Origin: Dehalococcoidia bacterium
GTDB lineage: Bacteria; Chloroflexota; Dehalococcoidia; Bin125
Assembly: GCA_963555985.3 (NCBI GenBank)
Contig: OY820591.1
Coordinates: 512,001-576,000 of the forward strand
Direction: 5' to 3'
Length of the DNA: 64,000 nucleotides
Part shown: positions 8,694 through 18,378 of the stretch, piece by piece
Numbering within the stretch: position 1 is the stretch's first letter
Layout of the letters: each line of letters begins with the position of its first letter
Position numbers and translations under genes: made by a program
Notes under the pieces: model-generated
Told to the model about the DNA's origin: nothing
Database searches by the model: none
What the model saw: the letters and a program-made list of their open reading frames with translations, nothing else

Positions 8694-9515
8694 TCAGGCG
8701 TTCGCTGCTTCAGTGACGGCCGCGGCGACTGTCTGGGCGTTGACGACGCCGTGTTCGAGGAAGTCGGTCACGACTCTCGCGTAGGCCGACGGGACCTCGC
8801 GGGGAACGCCGTGTCCGACGCGGCTGAAGACGTGCAGGGTGGCGTTGCCGAGGCGGGCGAAGTCCTTCAGGTTGGGCGTGAGCAGACCGTCGGCTGCGCC
8901 GGCGAGCAGCAGGGTGGGCGTCTGGATTTCTCCGAGGCGGTCGCCCTTGCGGTAGTTGACCATTGCGTCCCAACAACCGTCGTAGTGGCTCTCGGAGACG
9001 GAGAGTTGGCGGTCGACCTGAGCGGGCACGTCGGCGTGGGCCGACTCGCGCGGCACACCCGCCAATGATGTGCGAATCAGCAGGTCGCGCTCCTTATTCG
9101 CCCAACGTCGCCGCATTTCGGCGCGCGCGCCGGGCGGAAAGTCGATCCCGTCCGCCGGCGCCGGCGCCGACAACGACAGGCTCAGCAGTCGGTCGGGATA
9201 GGAGAGGCCGAGCTCGAAGCCGATTAAGCCGCCCATGCTCTGGCCGGCGTAGTGGAAGCGTTCGAGGCCGTGGTAGTCGGCCATACCGATCACATCGGCG
9301 GCGAGCTGCTCGATCGTGTAGCCGTCGTCGGGGTGGGCGGAGTCGCCTGCTCCGCGACAGTCCATTGCGATGCAGCGGTAGCGCTCGCTCATCCGCTCGA
9401 TCACGCCCGACCAGCCGTCGTGCGAGGCGGTGTAGCCGTGCTGAAAGATGATTGGCTCGCCAACGCCGGTGTCCTCGTAGTAGAGGTCGACGCCGTTGAC
9501 GTTTGCGATGGCCAT
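8694..9515 (-). CDS. Alpha/beta-fold hydrolase
   Basis: FQHGY, DCRGAG, GQSMGG nucleophile elbow, AGAAD, VGHG. Confidence 0.9.
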   Translation of the reverse strand: MAIANVNGVDLYYEDTGVGEPIIFQHGYTASHDGWSGVIERMSERYRCIAMDCRGAGDSAHPDDGYTIEQLAADVIGMADYHGLERFHYAGQSMGGLIGFELGLSYPDRLLSLSLSAPAPADGIDFPPGARAEMRRRWANKERDLLIRTSLAGVPRESAHADVPAQVDRQLSVSESHYDGCWDAMVNYRKGDRLGEIQTPTLLLAGAADGLLTPNLKDFARLGNATLHVFSRVGHGVPREVPSAYARVVTDFLEHGVVNAQTVAAAVTEAANA

Positions 9516-9598
9516 GTGCCCTCCGTCCTTGTGTCACGTAGGGAGCAGGCTACCTCGCGACACCCCCGCTAACGCCGTTGTTGGCAATCGTCTCTTCG

Positions 9599-9829
9599 CT
9601 AGTCGCTGCCGGGGCCTGCGGAGGCAGAGATCAGCGCCTGCACCTCGGGAACCAGATCGCAGGGGACCAGCATCACCGAATAGCCCTCGTCCTCGTACGC
9701 CGCTTCTGCCTCAGCAATGGCTTCCTCATCGGTCTGCGAGTCGTAGTAGTCGATAACGGCGCGAATCCTCGACTCCGTCCAGCCTTCGGGGAGGTCAGGA
9801 GTTTGGGTGATCTCAGCGCTTGATGCCAT
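9599..9829 (-). CDS. Small acidic hypothetical protein (antitoxin-like, no partner seen)
   Basis: LPEGWTESRIRAVIDYYDSQTDEEAIAE...VPCDLVPEVQALI; same strand as its neighbours. Confidence 0.65.
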   Translation of the reverse strand: MASSAEITQTPDLPEGWTESRIRAVIDYYDSQTDEEAIAEAEAAYEDEGYSVMLVPCDLVPEVQALISASAGPGSD

Positions 9830-9869
9830 TGCCAACTCTCAGATCCGAAGCATTGCTGCCCGAGTTTAC

Positions 9870-10649
9870 TCACCTGGCCGTGTAGCCGCCGTCGACCGGC
9901 AGGGCGATGCCGTTGACGAAGCTGGCGTCGTCGGAGGCGAGGAAGGCGGCGGCGGCGGCGATCTCTTCGGGCTGTCCCAAGCGTCCCAGCGGATGCAGCG
10001 AGGCGAGGAACTCTTCGGCTCCTTCCATCTCGCGGATTTGGGCGGTCATCGGGGTGTGGATGTAGCCGGGGCAGATCGCGTTGACCCGTACGTTGCGCGG
10101 GCCGTAGGTGACGGCGAACTGGCGGGTGATGCCGACGACGCCGTGCTTGGCGGCGACGTATGCGCCCGCGCCCTCCTCCACCTCCAGGTCAAGGTCTCGT
10201 ATCGATGGGCTGCTGAGCAGGCCGTTGAGGCCGGCGATCGAGGCGGTGTTGATGATCGAGCCGCCGCCGCGCTCGGCCAGCATCGCGGCTCCGTGGAAGG
10301 TGCCGTAGTAGACGCCGCTGAGGTTGACGGAGATGGTCTGATCCCAGCCGTACTGGGCGCCGCCGATGCCGGCGTTGTTGAAGAGCACATCGAATCCGCC
10401 GAGCACCTGAACGGTCTGGGCCAGGGCGTCCTTGACCGCATCCTCGGAGGTGACGTCGAGTTCCATCGTGGCGGAGCGTCCGCCGTGTTCGGCGATTTGG
10501 GCGGCGGTCGTCTGCGCGCCCTCCGCATTGATGTCGGCGCACATCACGGCCGCGCCTTCGGAAGCCATGCGCAGGGCGGAGGCGCGCCCGATGCCCGAGC
10601 CTGCGCCGGTGATCAGGGCGACGCGCCCTTCGAGTCGATCGATTGCCAT
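9870..10649 (-). CDS. Short-chain dehydrogenase/reductase
   Basis: TGAGSGIG, NNAGI, YVAAK, VNAICPG, LPVDGG. Confidence 0.95.
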   Translation of the reverse strand: MAIDRLEGRVALITGAGSGIGRASALRMASEGAAVMCADINAEGAQTTAAQIAEHGGRSATMELDVTSEDAVKDALAQTVQVLGGFDVLFNNAGIGGAQYGWDQTISVNLSGVYYGTFHGAAMLAERGGGSIINTASIAGLNGLLSSPSIRDLDLEVEEGAGAYVAAKHGVVGITRQFAVTYGPRNVRVNAICPGYIHTPMTAQIREMEGAEEFLASLHPLGRLGQPEEIAAAAAFLASDDASFVNGIALPVDGGYTAR

Positions 10650-10771
10650 CTCGTACTCCTGTCTGTGACTGAATGCGCGCAGGATAGAGCGAACCAGCGC
10701 GGCGCCGGGGCAGATTCGGTATCGCCGTTATCCTGTCACCGACAGCCTCACATTCACTGAAGGAGCGACTG

Positions 10772-11254
10772 ATGCCGATCGCTGCTGGAGACACCCTGCC
10801 CGACGTCAACGGGACCGTGATTGCGGACGGCCGACCGGGACCGGCCAACCTGCGCGAGCTGGTGGGCGACAAGAAGACCGTGATCTTCGGCGTGCCGGGC
10901 GCGTTCACGCCGACCTGCACGAACGATCATCTGCCGACCTTTGCCGTCGCCGCCGATCAGCTCAATGCGGCCGGGATTGAGCAGACGATCTGTATGTCGA
11001 CCAACGACATCTTCGTGCTTCAGGCCTGGAACGCGGCGCACGGGGCAGAGCACATTATGATGCTCGCCGACGGCTCGGGCGACATCACGCGGGCGCTGGA
11101 TATCGGACTGGATCTGAGCGGTCTGGGTCTGGGTTTCCGCTGCACCCGCTTCGCCATGCTGGTCGAGGGGGGCGTGGTCAAGGCCTTCCAGACGGAGCCG
11201 AATCCGGGCGCTTGCGCGATGACGTCGGCTGCCGCGATTCTTGAGCACGCTTAG
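10772..11254 (+). CDS. Peroxiredoxin (Prx5 subfamily)
   Basis: VPGAFTPTC, NDIFV, LADG, GLGFRCTRFAM; SD aaggag. Confidence 0.92.
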   Translation: MPIAAGDTLPDVNGTVIADGRPGPANLRELVGDKKTVIFGVPGAFTPTCTNDHLPTFAVAADQLNAAGIEQTICMSTNDIFVLQAWNAAHGAEHIMMLADGSGDITRALDIGLDLSGLGLGFRCTRFAMLVEGGVVKAFQTEPNPGACAMTSAAAILEHA

Positions 11255-11272
11255 CCCGGCGATGGCCGACAG

Positions 11273-11818
11273 ATGGCGGACGGAGCCGATTCGGCAGGGC
11301 TGAAGGCGGCCGCGCTGGAGCGTCTGCGCCGGCGTGATGCGGCGGCGCTTGCCCGCTACTCCGGCGTGCGCAGCGTGCATGGCTATGAGGCCTCCTGGTT
11401 CAACAACGCTACCTTTCTCTTTCCGCTGGCGGCGGCGCTGATTGCGGGGATTGTGTGGCTGGCGGCGGGCAGCGGCGAAGCGGGCGGAGCGGCGATCTTC
11501 TTCCTGGTGGTGACGGCGGCGATGCTGCCGGTGGTGTTTCTGACCTGGCAGCGGACGACGACCGCGATCGTGGTGCATGAGGCGGGGGTGACGGCGCTGC
11601 ATCAGGGTTTGGAGCAGCAGACGATCACGTGGTCGGAGTTGCGGAGCGTGCGGCGGATGGAGACGATGGGGAACGTGCGCTGGTATCTGGACGGGCCGGG
11701 TGAGGAGCACATTGCGGTTGAGGGCGAGATTGGTGAGCGGGAGGCGCTGCTTGAGGCCGCGCGTGCGGGTTTGGCGGCGAAACGGGAGGATCAGCCGCCT
11801 GCGGGCGGGACGGGCTGA
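11273..11818 (+). CDS. Hypothetical membrane protein (2 TM plus PH-like C-terminal domain)
   Basis: Two hydrophobic segments then IVVHEAGV...TITWSELRSV; its 3' end overlaps direct repeat DR1. Confidence 0.7.
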   Translation: MADGADSAGLKAAALERLRRRDAAALARYSGVRSVHGYEASWFNNATFLFPLAAALIAGIVWLAAGSGEAGGAAIFFLVVTAAMLPVVFLTWQRTTTAIVVHEAGVTALHQGLEQQTITWSELRSVRRMETMGNVRWYLDGPGEEHIAVEGEIGEREALLEAARAGLAAKREDQPPAGGTG

Positions 11819-11845
11819 GCGCCCGGATTGAGCATGGGGCGGGAC
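11791..11845 (-). repeat. 55-bp direct repeat DR1 (copy of the 3' end of gene 17863-18378)
   Basis: tcagccgcctgcgggcgggacgggctgagcgcccggattgagcatggggcgggac; 5 mismatches to DR3. Confidence 0.9.
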
Positions 11846-11859
11846 GATGGCTTCGGGGC

Positions 11860-14617
11860 TCAGGTGGAGGGGGCGTCTGAGGGGACTTGTTCGAGTTCGG
11901 GGGCGGTTTCGGGGACGACGATTGCGAACTCGGTGACGTAGGGGGTGAGGGCGCAGATTTGGTTGGGATCGTCGCTGGCGACCGGTTCGAGTCGCAGCCA
12001 GCGCCACTCCTTGTAGTCCCAGACGGCTACTTGCGCGTTGTCCGGCGCTTCATTGCGGGGCAGGCAGACCGTGAGCGGCGGGTCGAAGGGACGCTGGGCC
12101 AGGCGCACGCTGTTCATTCCTCGCTCCTCGAAGAAGTAGATGATCCAGAGATCGAGGTCGAAGATCGGGCTGGTGGGCACGGGGAAGTAGCGTTGTTCGC
12201 CCTCGGCGAAGCCGATCCGCGGGGTGTCGAGCCAACGGCGGAAGCGACGCTCCCACTCGTCCAGCGGGCCGGGCTTGGTCACGATGTAGGCGCCGACGGC
12301 GTTGTCCTGCACGTTCTGCGAGACGGCCTCATCCAGCGCGGGGAGCACGCCGTAGGTGAAGATCACGACGCCGCAGTTAGGGTTGCCGCTCTGCTCGCAG
12401 TCGTTCAGGCTCCGGGTCGGGAAGCGTAGGTCGACAGGCCCCCGCGTCGCGCCCTCGGCCCCGACTGCAGTGTCCGCGACGATCCGCGTCGGCGCGATCA
12501 GGCTGCGCAGCACGACCTCCACCGGCTCCTCTAGTTCGGCCTGCGTCTGATTGCCGCCCGGGACGATCGTCGTTCGTTTGACCGTCCAGGTCTCCGAGGG
12601 CAGCGATCCCGGCTCCGGCATCCGTCGGTCGGCGTCCCAGTCGTAGGTGGTCTCGCCGCTGCGCTTGGCCAGGATGTAGCTGTCCTTTTCGACCTCGTTC
12701 CCTTGATCATCCGTATCGATCCACTTGTCGAAGCGCATCATGAATTCGGGTGCCTGGTTCATTAGGAACTGGTCGGCCATACCTGCGTATCTGCGAATCG
12801 GGGGTAGCCAGCCCCAACTGAAGGTCGGCTCAGGCCCCAGGCCGTCGTCGTCCTGCAGCAGGTACTCGAAGATCAGCGTGTTGCTCTCGCTGCCGCTCAG
12901 GTACTTGGCCTTGACGATCTTCGTGGTCTGCTCGTCCTTCGATGTGCCGGTGGCGGTCAGGTAGGGCGCGCCGATCACCTTGACCGGCTGTTCGTAGGTG
13001 ACCGTGTAGCGGAAGCCGTTGGTCACGTTCGACTGAGCGACTGAGGTGATCTTGACGGGTAAGGTTACGTCTGCGTTGTAATCGTACTGTGCATACTGTG
13101 GATTGCCACAAATAACGGAGACAAAACCAAACGCGCCGCAAATGAATGAGTCGGTTGGCAGTTCGATCGCGTCGGATGTAACGGTCACCCAGCCGTTCGG
13201 GACCTTGTTGACGTCGTCCTGCGTCACCGTGTAGCGGAACTTGAAGATTTCGGAGGTCTGGCCCGACGAGCCGGTGTCACTATCGTAGGTCCCGTGGTAC
13301 ATCGCCTTGCGGGTGACTGATTCGGCGCCTTCGGTAATCTTGATCTCGATGTACGGCTTGTCGCCGCTGTACTTGATGTACGCGTTCGCGGTGAAGGCGA
13401 CGAAGACATCGATGGGGTAGTTCAACGTCCAGGTGCCGGTGGCGTGCATCGGGCTGGCGCGGCCCGCCTGCGGGATGCTCCCTTCGTAGGGGCTGTAGTG
13501 ATAGTTACCGAAGGAGACCCAGAGCACCCAGGGTCCGATTGGGTCGAGGTTTGTGCCCCCGCCCGAGTAGGTGGCCTCCCATCGCGGCACCTCGGGTGGT
13601 GTGGGGTTCTGCACAGCCGCGAAGCTGGAGTTGCCGCCTACGCCCCAGCTATCCGCCGTGACGCCGAGGGCCAGGGTGGCGCCGGCTGCGGTGCCGTAGG
13701 TGGGGGTGAACAAGACGCCCTTATGCACCCAGCCGTCGCGCGCCAGGCCGCTGTCCTGGAATTCGTGCTTGGTGGTGTAGTTGTAAAGGCTGCCGATGCT
13801 GCCGTTCACGGGGCCGCTGAAATCGCCCTTCGCGAAGTTGTGCGCATACAAGCCGGGGGCATGCACCCCGAGGTAGGTGAGCACATTGGTCGCCCCGGTC
13901 GCGTATTGCTCGCCGTAGAGCGGGTAGCGATCGTCGCGGTCGATCCAGTCGTTGCACTCAGTTCGTCCAGGCATGTAGGTTTCGAGCGCGCCGCGCACGT
14001 ACTGGGTGAGGCGGTACATGTCGGGTCGGTGCTTGATCTGGAAGTTGATCGTCGTCGCATCGCTCTGAACCGTCCCCGCCAGTGTGCGCAGTTCGAGCTG
14101 GTACTTCTTGTCGGGAAGCAACTGGCCGATGCGGATCGCGCTCTTGGTCCCGTAGTGGTGGAGCGTCACCAGCGAGTGATAGCGCGCGTAATCCTTGTCC
14201 TTGTTGGCTGGGTCGTTTGGATCCGGCCCAAAGGGCTCGTACTTCTCTGTCGTAGGAGCCCAGACGTAGATGCCTACGTCCCACGAGGCGCGGTAGACGC
14301 TGCCGTCCTCGTTCAGGACGCGAACGCGGTAGGCGGTCGCCGCCGGCGGGCCGGTGGGCGTGTCCCACATGAAGATCGCGCGGCCGCGAGGATCCCCAGT
14401 CAGGTAGGCAGGGCAGGCCTTCTCAGTGCTGCTGAGGTGCCTGAATCCGTGGATGCCCTGCTCGATCACTTCGAGGTTTTGGGGCGCGGCGGGCTTTTGG
14501 GCTTGGGCCGGGGCGATCAGGGCGAGGGCGCTGAGGACGGCGAGCAGGGCGCTCAGACTGAGCAGCCACAGAGGTGGTATTGCGCGGGGGGGGGGGGAGT
14601 TTTGACGTCACGCACAT
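11860..14617 (-). CDS. Large secreted surface protein A (signal peptide, FN3-like, Ig-like repeats); out of frame at a C12 tract as assembled
   Basis: The 869-aa ORF frame extends upstream to RAIPPLWLLSLSALLAVLSALALIAPAQA-QKPAAPQNLEV and meets TGA just before the tract; ATG 14617 joins this frame only with C11 or C14. Paralog of 14841-17619. Confidence 0.85.
14586..14597 (-). repeat. Homopolymer G12 (C12 on the coding strand), putative phase-variation tract
   Basis: Lies 20 nt after the start of ATG 14617, ahead of the signal peptide h-region. Confidence 0.75.
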
Positions 14618-14771
14618 CGTCCCAAAGGTGACAGATCCAGATCAGACGCACATAGGATAGTGAAATATGCGACTGCGGATCGCCCGAAGATCGCGCTGGG
14701 CCAGCATTATGGCTGGGGGCAGGGTCGATTGAGCGACGATTCAGGGGAGATTGGGGGGCGGAACGTGACGG

Positions 14772-14826
14772 TTAGCCGCCTGCGGGAGGCCTCGGTTGCG
14801 TGCCCGGATTGAGCATGGGGCGGGAC
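14772..14826 (-). repeat. 55-bp direct repeat DR2
   Basis: ttagccgcctgcgggaggcctcggttgcgtgcccggattgagcatggggcgggac; 7 mismatches to DR3. Confidence 0.9.
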
Positions 14827-14840
14827 GATGGCTTCGGGGC

Positions 14841-17619
14841 TCACGTGGAGGGGGCGTCTGAGGGGACCTGTTCGAGTTCGGGGGCGGTTTCGGGGACGAC
14901 GATCGCGAACTCGGTGACGTAGGGGGTGAGGGCGCAGATTTGGTTGGGATCGCCGCTGGCGACCGGTTCGAGTCGCAGCCAGCGCCATTCCTCGTAGTCC
15001 CAGACGGCTACTTGCGCGTTGTCCGGCGCTTCATTGCGGGGCAGGCAGACCGTGAGCGGCGGGTCGAAGGGACGCTCGGCCAGGCGCACGCTGTTCTGAT
15101 CGCGCTCGGCGTGGTGGTAGATGATCCAGAGATCGAGGTCGAAGATCGGGCTAGTGGTCACGGCGAGATAGCGTTGCTCGCCCTCGGCGAAGCCGAGCGC
15201 GCGGTTGTCGAGCCAGCGGCGGAAGCGCCGCCGCCACTCCTCGAGCGAGCCGGTTTCGGTGACGATGTAAGCGCCGTTGGCATTGTTGTAGACGGTCTGC
15301 GAGATGGCCTCGTCCAATGCGGGGAGCACGCCGTAGGTGAAGATCAGCACGCCGCAGTTGGGGTTGGCTTCGTCCTTGTCTTCGCAGTCGTACAGGCTGT
15401 GGGTTGGGAAGCGCAGATCCCTCGGTCTCCGTATCGCGTCTTCCGTGCTGCCAGCGTCTGCGCCGGGCTCGATCGCGCCGCCGCCGAGTGCCGTGGTCAA
15501 GGCGATCCGGGTGGGCGCGATCAGGCTGCGCAGCACGACCTCGACCGGCTCCTCCAGCTCCTGCGTCTGCTCGCCGACTGAGGCGGTCGCCGTCCGATTT
15601 ACCGTCCAGGTATCCGAGGGCACATTCGCCGGCATGCGCCGGTCGGCGTCCCAGTCGTAGGCGGTCTGGCCGGAGCGCTTGGCCAGGATGTAGCTGTTCC
15701 GCTCGACCTTGGTTTTGTTGCCCTGACCGTCGTCGACCTCCTCGAACCAGGGGTCGAAGCGCATCATGAATTCGGATACCCGATTGCTCAGGTTGGCGTC
15801 TAGCTGAGATAGCACGTCGTATTTGCTGCTGGCCGGCAGCCAGCCCCAGCTGAAGGTCGGCTCCGGACCCAGACCGTCGTCGTCCTGGAGCAGATACTCG
15901 AAGACCAGATTCTTGCTCTCGCTGCCGCTCTTGTACTTGGCTTTGACGACCTTCGTGGTCTGACCATCCTTCGAGGTGCCGGTGGCGGTCAGGTAGGGCG
16001 TGCCGATCACCTTGACCGGCTGCTGGTAGGTGACCGTGTAGCGGAAGCCCTTGGACACGCTCGACTGCGTGACCGAGGTGATCCTGACGGGCAGTGTGAC
16101 GTCCGCGTCGTCACTTGTGCCGCTGTCGCAATTGCTTGGTGGCGGCAACCAGGGGAAGCTGGGGCGGGGCGGTAGGCAAATGTGCGAGTCCGTTGGCAGC
16201 TGGATCGCGTCCGATGCGATCGTCACCCAGCCATTCCCGACGTTGTCCGCCACTGCGTTTGTGATCTCGTAGCGGAATCTGAAGATCTCGGATTTCCCTG
16301 GCATGGTTGGCCACTCGTCGTCGTATACCCCGTAGTACTTCGCCTGCACGGTTTCCGATTTCTCGCCTTCCGTGATTTTGAGCTCGATGTAAGGCTCGGC
16401 GCTGTCCCAAGTGATGTTCGTGTTGCTGGTGAAGGCGACGAAGACATCGATGTTGTTGTTCTCCTGCCAAGGGCCAGTGCCGTGCATTGGGCTTTCTCGG
16501 CTGTACGCAGAGTTTGCTATCCAGTAGTGCTGATAGTTGGCGAAGGCGACCCAGAGCACCCGGGGGTTGCTCGAGCCCGAGTAGGTGGCTTCCCAGCTTG
16601 CCGAGAAGCTGAGATTGGAGGTGATCCCGTCCACCGGCGCGCGCACGCCCCAGCTGTCCGCTTTGACGCCGAGGGTCAAGGTGTCGCCGGCGCTGGCGTT
16701 GCTGTCTGGGGTGAAGAGGACGCGCTTGTGTCCGGCGATCCATCGGGTCATGGTCAATGCTTGGTCCCGGAAATGGATATGCTTAGCGTCTCTGGTGTAG
16801 TCGAACACCGTGCCAATACTGTCGTTTCCCTGAATGCTGAAATCTGCCTTCTCGAAGTGGACGGGACGGTTACTCGCGTTGTCGTCGTATGTGTTCAGGA
16901 CGACGACCACCTCGGTCGGCCCGGTGACGTACTGTTCACCGTAGAGCGGGTAGCGCGCCTCACGGTCGATCCAAGACTCTGGGCCGGTGTCTTCTCTGGT
17001 GTGGTTTTCCAGCGCGAAGCGCGCGTACTGGGTGGTGCGGTACAGGCTGGGACGGTGTTTGAGTTCGACATCGGCCGTGACGCTGTCGCTCTCGGTTGTC
17101 CCTGCCACGGCCCTCAGTTCGAGCCGGTACTTCCGGTTGGGAAGCACCCACAGGTTGCCGATTCGCAGGGCGCTGGTCGCGCCGTAATCGAGCAGCATCA
17201 CGTCCGAGTTATTGGGGTGGTTGGTGAGGCAACAGTTGTAGTCCCACTCTCCGTGGGCGTAGTCGTTCGCCGGGTCGTAGGTGAAGATCGCCACATCCTT
17301 CCAGGCGCGGTACTGCGTCCAAACGATGAGGTTGCCGCTCGGATTGCCTTTCCAGAGCTTGATCTTGTATTTGGTCACGCCCGCCCCGCTGGGCGGCGTG
17401 TCCCAGGTGAAGATCGCGCGGCCGACGAGTGCCTGAGCGTAGCCGCCCGCGACGGTGTAGCCGTAGATGCCCTGTTCGATCACTTCGAGGTTTTGGGGCG
17501 CGGCGGGCTTCTGGGCCTGGGCCGTGGCGATCAGGGCGAGGGCGCCGAGGACGGCGAGCAGGGCGCTCAGGCTGAGCAGCGCCAGACGAGCTGAATTGCG
17601 GGGGGGGGGGGGCACACAT
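14841..17619 (-). CDS. Large secreted surface protein B, paralog of A; C13 tract directly after ATGTGTG
   Basis: 924-aa ORF from GTG 17615 with signal peptide LALLSLSALLAVLGALALIATAQA; ATG 17619 is in frame only with C12 or C15; last ~75 aa nearly identical to protein A. Confidence 0.88.
17600..17612 (-). repeat. Homopolymer G13 (C13 on the coding strand), putative phase-variation tract
   Basis: Same relative position as the tract in paralog A. Confidence 0.75.
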
Positions 17620-17765
17620 CCGGACTCACGTTTCAGATGAAGAGAAAGTTACGTCTGATGCATGATATGAGAATTTTTTGTTGCGGGTGGGTCGCGGCGT
17701 TGGGTTGATTGGGGGTTATGGGTAGGGCTTTTGGTCTTGCGCGGTTGTGACGGGGGTGGGGGAGC

Positions 17766-17819
17766 GGACCCCCTCTGTCGCTGCGCGACATCTCCCCCCG
17801 CACTGCGGGGGGAGAGGGG
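17766..17819. repeat. REP-like double hairpin, family A
   Basis: ggaccccctctgtcgctgcgcgacatctccccccgcactgcggggggagagggg. Confidence 0.8.
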
Positions 17820-17862
17820 AAAGGGATGATCGAGGGAGGGTTGCGGTTGGCTGGAAGTGGGG

Positions 17863-17917
17863 TTAGCCGCCTGCGGGGGGGACGGGTTGAGTGCCTGGAT
17901 TGAGCATGGGGCGGGAC
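17863..17917 (-). repeat. 55-bp direct repeat DR3 (the current 3' end of gene 17863-18378)
   Basis: ttagccgcctgcgggggggacgggttgagtgcctggattgagcatggggcgggac encodes SRPMLNPGTQPVPPAGG-stop. Confidence 0.9.
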
Positions 17918-18378
17918 TCGGCGGGGAGGACGATGGCGGCGGTTGCGAGTTCGCCATCCTCGTCGAGGATCACGGCGACGGCTGCGCCGGCCTGGATGCT
18001 TGAGGGATCGACGCGCTCCAGGCGCAGGAGGAAGGTGGAGTCTTCGCGCAGGTGGAGGACGGAGCGTCCGGTGACGGTTTCGAGGACGAGCTTGCCGCCG
18101 GAGATCGAGACGACTCGTCCGGTCAGGACCTGGCGGCCGAGCAGGCCGTCGGTGTGTCCGAAGGGGCTGAGGCCGCTGGAACCCAGGACGAGCGCGGTGT
18201 TGGGGTGGGCGGCGGGGTCGATCTCGACTTGCCGGCGTCCGGCGACGACGCTTTCGGCGATGACGAGCTCTTCGGCGCTGGGCTGGGTGGCGACGACATC
18301 GGAGCCGACGAACCAGCCGCCGAGGCCGGCTCCGCCCAGGACGGCGAGGGTGAGCAGCCAGCCGAGGATGCGTCTCAT
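17863..18378 (-). CDS. Membrane-anchored hypothetical protein with OB-fold-like C-terminal domain
   Basis: N-terminal TM; LTGRVVSISGGKLVLET...SSIQAGAAVAV; 4-nt overlap with the upstream gene. Confidence 0.75.
   Translation of the reverse strand: MRRILGWLLTLAVLGGAGLGGWFVGSDVVATQPSAEELVIAESVVAGRRQVEIDPAAHPNTALVLGSSGLSPFGHTDGLLGRQVLTGRVVSISGGKLVLETVTGRSVLHLREDSTFLLRLERVDPSSIQAGAAVAVILDEDGELATAAIVLPAESRPMLNPGTQPVPPAGG

Noticed and set aside
13444-17594. + strand ORFs 13444-14631 and 16182-17594
   Set aside because: Antisense shadows of the surface-protein genes, expected at high GC.
11860-17619. Diversity-generating retroelement or integron explanation for the paralog pair
   Set aside because: No reverse transcriptase, no adenine-specific mismatch pattern, no integron integrase and no attC-like palindromes in the 55-bp repeats.
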